Source: Torpedo marmorata
Lineage: Eukaryota
NCBI GenBank assembly: GCA_977017645.1
Contig: OZ360228.1
Span: 97,030,001 to 97,094,000 of the forward strand
Direction of reading: 5' to 3'
DNA length: 64,000 nt
Positions 12,311-22,980 of this stretch are shown here, piece by piece. Below the pieces are notes generated by a model, which worked only from the letters and a program-made list of their open reading frames with translations, made no database searches and was not told the DNA's origin. The translations under genes and the position numbers were made by a program. Each line of letters opens with the position of its first letter. Position 1 is the first letter of the stretch.

Positions 12311-14451
12311 AATAGTAGCAGAGGGGGGTACAGAGGCCTAGAGTTTGTAGCTTCTTGACCAGGACTGAGGGAATAATGATATTGAAGGCCGAGCTGTAGT
12401 CGATGAAGAGCAACCGTATGTATGAATTGCTGTTTTCAAGGTGATCCAGAGCTGAGTGGAGAGCCAGCGATATTGCATCTGCTGTGGAGCGATTGTGGCG
12501 ATAGGCGAATTGCAGTGGGTCCAGATTTTTGCTTAGGTATGTGTTAATTCTGGCCATGACCAGCCTCTCAAAGCATTTCATCACAGTAGAAGTTAGTGCT
12601 ACTGGGCGGTAGTCATTGAGTCAGCCCACACTACTCTTCTTGGGTGACCATGAACACTCCGGCTAGTTGGTTGGCGCAGATTTTCAGTACCCTGCCAGGT
12701 ACGCCGTCAGGGCCTGACGCCTTGCGAGGGTTCACCCTCTTGAATGATGTTCTGACGTCGCCCTCAGAGACAGATATCACAGGGTCCTCAGCCTTTTCAG
12801 GGATTCTAGTAGGCACTGTTTTGTTCTTCTTCTCAAAGCGGGCATAGAAGGTGTTCAGCTCATCGGGTAGTGAAGCATCACATGCGTCTATAGTGTTCGC
12901 CCTCGCTTTGTAGGCTGTAATGGCCTGCACTCCCTGCCATAGCTGGCGTGTTTCTGTCTCTGTCTCTAGCTTCCTCCGGAATTGCCACTTTGCTTCAGAG
13001 ATGGCCTTCTGCAGGTCGAGCCTGGACTTTTTGTAAAGATCCCGGTCCCCGGCCTTAAACGCCCTTGTTCTCGTCCTCAGCAGGTTACGAATTCTCTGAT
13101 TCATCCAGGGCTTCTGGTTGGGGAACACCCGGTATTTGCGCATGGGCATACACTCATCCACGCAGGTCTTGATGAAGTCGGTGACACCTGTTGCATATTC
13201 ATTTAGGTCTATGGCTGAGTGCTTGAATATGTTCCAGTCCACCGATTCAAAGCAGTCCTGCAGACGCTCCTCCGCCTCCCTCGACCATACTTTCGCCGTC
13301 CTCACCACTGGTGCTGTGGTCTTCAGTCTCTGCTTGTACGCCGGGAGTAGAAGTACAGCCAGGTGATCAGACTTGCCGAAGTGCGGTCGTGGTATGGCTC
13401 GGAATGCGATCTTCACGGTGGTGTAGCAGTGGTCGAGTGTGTTGATTACCCTGGTCTCGCAAGTGATGTGTTGGTGGTAGTTTGTCAGTGACTTCTTCAG
13501 ATTGGCCTGATTGAAGTCTCCCACAATGATCGGGAAGGCATCAGGATGTGCTGTCTCATGGCTGTTTATCACAGTGCTCAGTCCCTCCAGTGCCAGCCTG
13601 ACGTTAGCCTGGGGCGGAATGTACACTGCGACCAGGATGATGGCGGTGAACTCCCTCGGCAGATAGAATGGGCGACACTTGATCGCCAGATGTTCCAGGT
13701 CGGGGGAGCAGGACTGGGACATGACCATCACGTCTGTGCACCACGATGAATTGATAATGACACACACGCCGCCTCCCCTGGTTTTTCCAGACACTGGTGT
13801 TCGGTCAGCGCGATGGAGGATGTAGCCCTTGGGCTGTAGTGCCGTGTCCGGAATGTCCTCGTTTAGCCACGTTTCTGTAAAGCACATCACGCAGCACTCC
13901 CTGATGATTCTCTGATGTTGAAGTCTGGCTTGGAGTTCATCAAGTTTGTTCTCCAAGGATTGTACGTTGGCCAGGAGGATGGTAGGGAGCGGAAGCTTCA
14001 GGTCCCAGCGTCTCAGCTTGACTTGTAGCCCCCCTCTGCGTCCACGTGGTCGGGACTTCTTTACCTGGCCCGTGGGTCCACTGCCTATAGTTCCCGCAGT
14101 GTTTAAACGGTCCGTGCGCTGTCCCTTTAAATCCTGAGCAATTTGTAAGTGTGCTGAGTGCCTGCTGTCTGCGACTCCCGCGAAGTTTAAATGGCCCGTT
14201 CTCTGTCTGTTTAAAACTCCCGCAGTGTTGCTGCTGTACTTGCATGAGTTGTTTAAAGGTCCCGCGGCCCGATGGAGACTGCCGATTTTGCGAATTCCGA
14301 GTTCTGCCAGCGATCTTTGGACATCCACGTTGTCGGGTAAGTTTGATTTTGTGTTTCTTGTTTTTTGTTTGATTTTTAGAAGTTCTGAACGGGAATATTT
14401 GATTATTCCCGTCAGAGCTGCACGCAAAGAGTCGCCGCTGTAAGGCGCCAT
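12311..14451 (-). mobile_element. Rex1/Babar-type LINE, 5' half (APE endonuclease ORF 14451-12631 and RT start), 3' part missing, nested in the Gmr1-like element
   Basis: Motifs LANVQSL, CFTETWL, VGDFN, TLDHCY, GKSDH, KASGPDG, then MKCFERLV...FIDYSSAFN. Short internal deletion near 12640; no 3' tail. Confidence 0.9.
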
Positions 14452-15104
14452 CTCTCATTTCTATTTCAAACCTCCATTTTCTTTCTGCTTCTCTCCTTTT
14501 ATCTTCAAACTCCCTTTTCCTTTGGGCTTCCTCAGCTCTATGTTTGTCTAATTCTAGCTCAAACTGCCTCCACTTTTCAGCTTCTTCCGCGTCAAATCTC
14601 CTTTGGTGTTCTGCTTCCTCTCTTTGTTTTTCTGCTTCCTCTCTATCTTTCGTAATTCTATATTTTTCTAACTCCATCTCCTTTATACGTAGTTCAATCT
14701 CCATTCTTCGTCTCTCTAACTCAATCTGTTCCAGCTGTACCTGCTGCTTAAGAGATTTATTCTCAATAAATGGTTTTAACACCTCACTCTCAACCCTCTG
14801 CAACTCTGCAGAGCTTGGCCATTCCAAAAGCTTATCAAGTCTCACTTGGAAAGTTTCACTTGGTCCACACTTAGTTTTGGGGTTTAAAACATAATCATCT
14901 GCAATTTTTGCAGACTTTGACCAAGTCTCCACTTTCAAATCTACACCACTTGGTGTGACCAAACATTTACCAAAACCCATTGCTGCTGTTTTGTTTACAC
15001 ACACAATAAGCCTTTTAATTAGCTTTCAAAAAGATTTTTAACCAACAAATCGAATTTTAATCGATCAAATAAGCTCTCATTAAGCTCATAAATCTTTGGT
15101 AAAA

Positions 15105-15122
15105 ATCCCGGACAAGCCCCCA
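15105..15122 (-). promoter_or_regulatory. tRNA-Pro primer-binding site of the Gmr1-like element
   Basis: TGGGGGCTTGTCCGGGAT, one mismatch from the canonical tRNA-Pro PBS TGGGGGCTCGTCCGGGAT, 4 nt inside the LTR end. Confidence 0.88.
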
Positions 15123-15334
15123 ATTTTGTTACGAACTATCAAACCTTGCTAGTACACTTATAAAGAACTGTAAACATAACGAATGTAAACAAGCTGACTG
15201 TGCAATACAGAGAATTTAAAAAAAAACAAATTAAATTAACCAAAAAAAAACCAACCAAATTAAACAATAAAGTTAAGGATGTGGGCCCTTGTTGCTATTA
15301 TTTGTTGCAGATTTTACAAGGTCTAGCTCAAGAT

Positions 15335-17133
15335 AATTCGAAGCAAATGGCAGGGCTTAAATGCCATAACCTGTTACAAAACCAAATCCGGTAAAGTAGC
15401 AGACGGCAAAGCTTCTCTCCCAGAGGAACTCAACGCCTTCTATGCCCGATTTGCCGACAGTAACAGCGAAGAACCACCCCTCCGCACCCCCATGTCCCCT
15501 GATGATCCCATCCTGTCCGTATCTGAGGATGACGTGCGTGCTGCCTTCAGGAGAGTGAATCCAAGGAAAGCATCCGGCCCGGATGGAGTACTTGGCTGAG
15601 TATTAAAGATCTGTGCTGATAAACTTACCAAGGTATTCACGGATATCTTCAATATCTCACTCCAGCAGGGCGTGGTACCCACCTGTTTCAAACAGGCGTC
15701 AAACAGGTGCCCAAGAAGAGTGCAATAGCCTGCCTTAACGACTATCGACCAGTAGCACTTACATCAACAGTGATGAAGTGTTTTGAAAGACTGGTGATGA
15801 AGCATATCAGCTCCTGTCTGAGCGGTGACATGGATCCATTTCAGTTTGCCTATATTGAAACAGGTCTACGGCGGATGCCATCTCACTGGCTCTACACAAA
15901 GCCCTGGAAAACCTGGACAGCAAAGATGCATACATCAGGATGCTCTTTATCGACTATAGTTCGGCATTAACACCATCATCCCCTCAAAACTGATCAGCAA
16001 ACTCCAAGACCTGGGAGTTAACACCCGAATGTGTAATTGGATCATGGATTTCCTCACCTCCAGACCACAATCAGTGAAGATTAGTAAGAACTTCTCCTCC
16101 ACAATCTCCATCAGTACCGGAGCACCACAGGGCTGTGTTCTTAGCCCTCCTCTACTCACTTTACACCTACAACTGTGTAGCTCGGTACGACAATAACACC
16201 ATCTACATATCTGCCGACTATACCACGGTAGTGGGTTGTATAAAGGGGATGAGTCAGCATACAGGATGGAGATTGAAAACTTGGCTGAACTGGTGCACCA
16301 ACAACAACCTTGCACTCAATGTCACCAAAACTAAGGAGCTGATTGTTGACTTCAGGAAAGGAAAGCCAGAGGTATACAATCCAGTGATCATTGGGGGATC
16401 AGAGGTGGAGAGGGTGAGCAAATTTAGGTTCTTGGGAGTCACTATCTCGGAGGATCTTTCCTGGACCCAACACCAATGGCATCGTGAAGAAAGCACGTCA
16501 GCGCCTCTACTTCTTCAGGAGTTTGCAGAGGTTTGGTATGACACTAGAAACCCTGGCAAATTTCTACAGAGGTATGGTGTAAAGTGTGCTGACTGCCTGC
16601 ATCATGGTCTGGTATGGGAACACCAATACCCCTGAGCGTAAAGCCCTCCAAAAGGTAGTGGACACAGCCCAGGACATCACAGGCAAAACCCTCCCCACTA
16701 TTGAGCACATCTATAGGGAACGCTGCCATTGGAGAGCAGCAGCAATGACCCACACCACCCAGCACACGCTCTGTTCTCGCTGCTGCCATCAGGAAAGAGG
16801 TATAGGTGCCACAAGACTCACACCACCAGGTTCAGGAACAGCTGCTACCCCTCCACCATCAGAATCCTCAACGACTAAGTCAATCAGAGACTCATTTAAG
16901 GACTCTTACTTGTGCACTTTATTGATTTTCTTTGTTCTCTCTGTATTGCACAGTCAGTCTGCTTACATTCATTATCTGTTTACAGTTATTTTATTTGTTT
17001 ACATGTTTATGATGTGTACAGTTTACTTTTTGCACTACCAATTAGTGGTAATTCTGCCGTGCTCGCAGGAAAAAGGAATCTCAGGGTTGTATGTGATGTC
17101 ATGTATGTATGTACTCTGACAATAAATCTGAAT
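15335..17133 (+). mobile_element. 5'-truncated Rex1/Babar-type LINE (second family, frameshifted)
   Basis: RT fragments [32 protein letters not shown] and FLGVTISEDLSW; ends ACAATAAATCTGAATC. Confidence 0.88.
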
Positions 17134-18570
17134 CCTATGTCTTATGGCCTTATTCAGAATAGAAATTAAAAGAAATGTTCTCATTCTCTTTCCAAGAGGG
17201 CAGTAGAGGCTTTTGTTTACGTTAAGGATATTAAAAGAATCAAGGGACATGGGATTAGTGCAGGAAAATGATGCAGAGGTATGAGATCAACCACAAGCTT
17301 ATTGAAAGGCAAAGCAAGCACAAGAGATCAAACAGCATAGTCCTGCTTTTATTTCTTGAAAGACAAGTCAATTATCGGCTCAGTTGAGAGCATTTCTGCG
17401 CAGCAACTTGCTGAGTCAGGTAAATCCCATTCAAGATACTCCAGCTAACAAATATAGCCAGACACTCCAAGTCAAGAATGCCACAGATCAGAAAGGGGAG
17501 GGGCGTGAGGGGAGGGGGAGAATTGGGGGGACGGGACAAAAAACAAATTCAAGGCATTGTTTGTTCCATTACAATACAAAGGGAGACAAGTGTTTCTGTA
17601 TGCCTAATTGACCACAGCCTTTGAACCAAATTGTTGTTCTCAGCACTTAAGATGTAACAGAACAATCAAATGCAGATAGCAGGGACAAATGTCAGCTGGG
17701 GAACCACACTATATAGCTGAACATGGTTGCATTTGTGCAATGTTCTAATGCTTAAGAAAATTTTAGGCAGATACAGATTTGCTCAAAGAAAGCAGCGCTA
17801 CAGCATAAATTAGATACACAAGTGGTACAATGGTTCAGATATGATGCAATTATGCTAAGACAAGCAAACTGGGAAAAGGATGTGCATTATTTTCTAATCT
17901 GTATTTGATTCTGAACTGTATTGGATTAGATACTATTAATTAGAGTTTATATGATTTCAGAAAGGTCTTGTTCATTACAATTAGAATTTTATTCAAAATT
18001 CACAGCTGATTTTAAAAAAAGCGATAAAAAAGACAAATTGGGTGATGATTTAAAATACCTCTGGTGGATTCTAAATTTTAACCATGGATCTGCAAGATAT
18101 AGTACAGTGCAGGAAGAAACTCATATGTCTAAACCAGCAGTAAAAATTAATGCATTGCGACAACATTTCTCTCAGTGGTAAGAAACAGTAATACTACATT
18201 ACCATCTGTGACGTTCTTGCATTTTTCAGTTCATTTTATTTGTGTGGGACTGTCCCTTTAAGAGAACAGATTGAACAAACCTTGCAGGTTTTGGAAAGTG
18301 ACTGTGAAAAGGGCTGCAGGCTTCGAAGCCAGCATGTTCTTAACTTGATACATTTGCAGTGAAGGGAGAAGCCCTGAAGCAGAGAGCATGTGACCAGCTT
18401 ATTGAAGAGACAATGCACATTTTACTCAGGGGGCCATTTTAAGAAGGCAGCACAAGAGTAAAGTGCTCTTCAACCTCCTTTGTGGGATTGAGAAACCCAC
18501 TTGGCCTCATTGTGTGGTTATAGACAAACTGTCAGATTTCCTCCTGTTAGTTATAGAGGGATGAGAAGAC

Positions 18571-18785
18571 CACTTCGACTGACCCACGAAAAGGGTTCTA
18601 GTTGCAGAAGAAATACTGCACTCTACTTTGACTGACCCATGAAAAGGGTTCTACTTGCAGAAGAAACAATGCACTCTACTTCGACTGACCCACGAAAAGT
18701 GTTCTATTTGCAGAAGAAATACTGCGCTTGGATGGTGACCAGAGTGAGAGTCACTTGAGTTTGGCTGATCCACGAAAAGGATTCT
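18571..18785 (+). repeat. 53 bp tandem repeat, about 3 units plus a spaced partial unit
   Basis: TT(C/T)GACTGACCCA(C/T)GAAAAG at 18574, 18627 and 18680, with a variant near 18760. Confidence 0.9.
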
Positions 18786-18960
18786 GGAATATTTGGGAGC
18801 ATCACTTGCTTCGTGTCCCCTATGCCAAAGAAGAGGGGAGTTTTGGTTGGCACTCGTCTAAAAAGAACATTTCTCTGAAGCACCTCAACAAGGGTTTCGT
18901 GAGTTAATCAACGTTCTGTCACCCCCGGTCTCTTTCACCCACTTCTTGAACTGCTCATTT

Positions 18961-19105
18961 CATCTAAGGCCTGCGTGTCTGACCCATCTAAAGCCTGCGT
19001 GTTGCAATCATCTAAGGTCTGCGTGCCTCACCATTCTAAGGCCTGTGTGTCTCAACCATCTAAAGCCTGCGTGTCGCATCAATTTCAAGCCCACGTGTCA
19101 TCACT
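18961..19105 (+). repeat. About 24 bp tandem repeat, 6 units
   Basis: Unit CATCTAA(G/A)GCCTGCGTGT followed by about 6 variable bases. Confidence 0.9.
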
Positions 19106-22100
19106 GAATTTACGAAACTGAACTTTGAACTGCCTTCTGAGAATTGGGCCTTGAGCTGTAGTGGTTTGTGGTATTCCACACACACTAAGATATTCGTGCA
19201 TATTTGGGGTTTAATTTAGATAAGTGTAAATAAGTTTAGTTAAATTTAGATAATTTAGTTAAATTAAATTAGGTGTTATATCATTGTTGTTTAATAATTA
19301 AAATATTATTTTAAATATAACCGTCTGGGCTAATTTTTATCGCTGCTCTCTGGTACGTAACATGATCATACCACCAACAACAGAGAATAATGTGGCTGTT
19401 TCGGGAGTGGGAATATCATAAATATGAGACGGAAAAGATTCTGTTGCTACGGTTTAAAAATCCTTTAAAATGATGCATAGATCCCCATTTTATTGCTAAA
19501 TTCATCCATAATTTGTTCAGTATAAACAAATTATGTAGTTGACTCTTAAACTTTAAATATTCTAAAGCACAAGCTACATATAAAGATGTTAAACAGTTAC
19601 ATTTGCACATTTTACTGCCACCTAAGTGGAATAAATTTCAGTTTTATATTTACATGTATTTTTAAATGAAAGGGATGTCAAAGGCAGAAAATGTTTAGTT
19701 CATGCCTTTCTTCTTACAAACTATTTCTAGTTTATGAAGCTTTCCCTCTGCATTCAGATTTGAATCTAATGCATCCCTGTGGAATTTATTTCTCATAATC
19801 TGGCAATGAAAAGTAATCAAAACAATATATCTAATTAGTATAATCTGAAACACGCATACACTCTTAACTGATCTGCTATAATAATCACCCTACTTTAACT
19901 AGACAATATTACAATAATAATTTTCCAACCTTGTATTGAACTAAGAAGCAGTCTACATTTCCTTGCCCTGCACTTTGCATCTGCCTTTGCTTTCCTCACC
20001 TCATCAAAACCTTTGTCTCATGACTTGTTGTTGGTAAACTCCTGCCTGGTCTGCTTCACCGTAGAACATGGAGTAGACTTTCCTGACTCGAACATGTTGA
20101 AATCCTAGCTTGCAACCTGACGCTTTTTTTGTACAGACTGTAACAGTGCTCTATTACGCTTGGTTGCTGCTAATCTAAAACGGTGCAAAATGTCACTGCC
20201 GTAACTAGTATAAATTCTATTACAGAATGTTTCAATTATTTACTCATAATATACACACACAAAATGAAAATGGGAGTTTTTTTAAGACAGGAAAAAATCT
20301 AACAACTTAAAAATACTTTAATTACAATGTGAAAAGTACTAGATTTAATTTACAACAGTAATTACTAAAACTGGAAAAGTAAACAATTCCCCCTTATCTA
20401 TATTAAAGAGCGATATAGAAACTATTCAAACTACAGAAATATGTACCACTCATCATTCTTTTATAAAATTTAAAAGTCTAATTGACAAATATTTAGTTTG
20501 TTTTTTTGGAGAACACAAGTTTGAAGTATAATACTTACTTATTAAACTATAATATGCATTTGTACCAGTGCTAAGCATTTGGATTTTTGCATGATCGAAT
20601 CTTCAATAACATTAAACAAAGATAAAACTCTCAGAGTTAAATGAAAGTTTAAATAGGACCATTAGGACTCATTTAAGTTTAAAAAAATCCACAATTCATT
20701 AAAATTAAGTTGTATGATTTTAGTAATGGGTCCCAAGTAGGAAAAACAAATTTCCCATTAGAGACTTCAGGTCATTATTCAATAACAAAATACAGTTGAT
20801 TTTTAAAAAGATTATGGAATTATGCATAAATTTAGTTCTAAGCTTATGGAACACCTATCATTTAATGAAGTTTATAAGTATTTAAACATAATTAATTTTT
20901 GTTAATAATTTTGAAAAGTAACTATGTTCCCCTCCAATGTTTTTGGTATATTTTCTGAACCATTTTGTGCTCCCCTTAAACATAAAGGAGATAGATCTAT
21001 AACCACAAAGTAAACCTTGTGAGAAATGGCTTCTATTTTCACAAAGCACTGAAAAATCTTCATGATATAAATTTCTACTGCATCAATTTTCTACTGTTCA
21101 TGCAGAAAATTTTAAACACAATGTTTTGCTAATGCTTGATTAGTTACAAAACTACATCTTCAGATTTAAAGCAGTTCATGTTATCGATCTAAATCTTCAC
21201 TTTTGAAATGTGGTCAGCAGATGGGATTGAAATTGCAGTTTGAGGAAGCCTTACTAGCAAACTCTTTTATGTTCATGAAATAAACACATAAAAAAAAGTT
21301 AAAATGTCAAAACTGTTGCAAATATTTTATACTTGAGCATGTGACATCTGCAATACATGATCTACTGACAGTTCTTCACATAGTCATTTTCCAAATATAC
21401 TGAGCCAATGTCCTTTGACTATTTTAGGGTTAATGACAATTTACATAAAATAAAATTTATTTTGAGAGAAGTTGTTTCAATTAATCTGTGTTTAATTTAA
21501 TGTTTTGAAACTGGAATATTGAAAGAACCAAATAGTCAAAACAAAATGAAATTTTTGAAAATATTTCTCAATTTGCCCAAACTTGAATCATGCATAGCTT
21601 GGAGCTACGGGGACAACCTAGCAATCGCTACCAGGCTTTAAAATTTCTATTGAGAGAAGGGCTACACGTATGTGACTGATTTGGTCACAATATAGCTTCA
21701 TATTTTGGTTTCTCAATGTGGGAAGAATCTGTTCATTAGTTTCTCATACCAGGGAAGTAAGCATAAGAATAGGAGTTTAAAAAAAACATGGCAAGAAACT
21801 TGAGACCCTAATGCATGCAACAACTAAGAAAATTAATTCATCTGAATAAGGCATTTAATCTAAACATAAATGGCATGATTAGTAAGTTTGTGGTTGACAC
21901 CAATAATGGTGGAGTTGTGGACAATGAAAAATATCGTCTAAGATTATAAAAGGACCTGGGTCAACTGGGAAAGTGATTTAAGGAATGGCAGATGGAATTT
22001 AACTCAGACAAGTGTGAAGTTAAACAAGAGCAGGGCATACACAGTAATGGCAGGGATCTGGGGAGTGTTGTAGCACAGAGAGAGGTACAAGTACATAGTT

Positions 22101-22374
22101 CCCTGAAAACGGGGACACAATTAACTGGATAGAAGAGGGCACATGGCCTTCATCAGTTGGGACATTGAATACAAAAGTTGGGAATGTCATTTTATAGTTG
22201 TACAATATGTTAGTGAGACAACACTTGGAGTATTGTGTGCAATTTTAATCGCCATACTATAGAATAAATGTGATTAAGTTAGAGAGGGTGCAGAAAAGAA
22301 TCACAAGGATGTTGCCAGGACTGACAGGCTTGAGTTCTAAGGAGATATTGGAGAGGCCGGGACTGTTTTCAAAT

Positions 22375-22630
22375 TAAATTTACATTTTTAAAATTTAGAC
22401 ATATAACAGGCCAATTTCAGCCCACGAGCCCGTGCCGCCCAATTACACCCAATTAACCTACAACCCCCGGCACGTTTTGAACCGTGGGAAGAAACCAGAG
22501 CCCCCGGGGAAAACCCATGCAGACACGGGGAGAAGTACAAACTCCTTACAGACAGCGCAGGATTCGAACCCCGGTCCCAATAGCTGGTGCTGTAACAGTA
22601 TTGCGCTAACCGCTATGCTAACTGTGCCAC
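22375..22630 (-). mobile_element. Young tRNA-derived V-SINE
   Basis: Minus strand has A-box-like TAGCATAGCGGTTAGCGC, B box GGTTCGAATCC and core GGTTTCTTCCCAC; CpGs retained; related to 56470-56745. Confidence 0.85.
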
Positions 22631-22980
22631 CCTGGAATGAGCTAGGTTAAAGGGTGACTTTATGAAGTTTTATAAAATCATAAGGGGCAGAGATACGATG
22701 GATGGTCACAATCTTTTTCCCAGGGTAGGGAAGTATAAAGATTCAAGATGCATTTTATTGACACGTAATAATAGAAAAAAATGTAATATACATGATATAC
22801 TTCAACTTTTGCCTGCCATAAAGGCAAACAAAGAACTTGAGAGCATTGGTTTGAGGTGAAAGGGGAAAGATTTAAAGGGGGATGTGAGGGATAAGTTTAT
22901 CAGAGAGGGTAGATGGTTAAACATAATGAGCTGCCAGAGAAAGTGATGGAGGCAGATACAATGCTACCATTAAAGAGGGA

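Larger units (their letters stand above)
10780..15170 (-). mobile_element. Internally deleted Gmr1-like Gypsy provirus: 3' LTR 10780-11955, PPT 11956-11965, RNase H end 12083-12305, gag N-terminus 14452-14980, PBS, short 5' LTR remnant from 15127
   Basis: GTTACGAACTA-CAAACCTTGCTAGTAC occurs at both 10781 and 15128. LTR start TGTGACGG is preceded by purine tract GGAAAGGAGG. Pol ends at RNase H (WSLILQEYDL...GKDNVIADCLSRC*), the order expected for Gmr1-type elements. Gag is Glu/Arg-rich coiled coil. Confidence 0.82.
18207..19362 (+). mobile_element. Probable solo LTR (1156 bp) with Gmr1-type termini
   Basis: Begins TGTGACG and ends CGTAACA, the same termini as the LTR at 10780-11955; contains internal tandem repeats; no clean TSD. 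Confidence 0.62.

Noticed and set aside
13940-15004. 354 aa ORF that looks like a Gag-LINE fusion protein
   Set aside because: After 14452 it reads the LINE in a non-coding frame; it is read-through across an insertion junction.
18571-19105. Regularly spaced repeats that could suggest a CRISPR array
   Set aside because: Units are contiguous and degenerate with no unique spacers or cas genes, in a vertebrate intron.
19950-20210. Coding-looking minus-strand stretch (AATKRNRALLQSVQKKRQ...)
   Set aside because: Contains in-frame stops, has no clear splice pair and matches no family I recognise.
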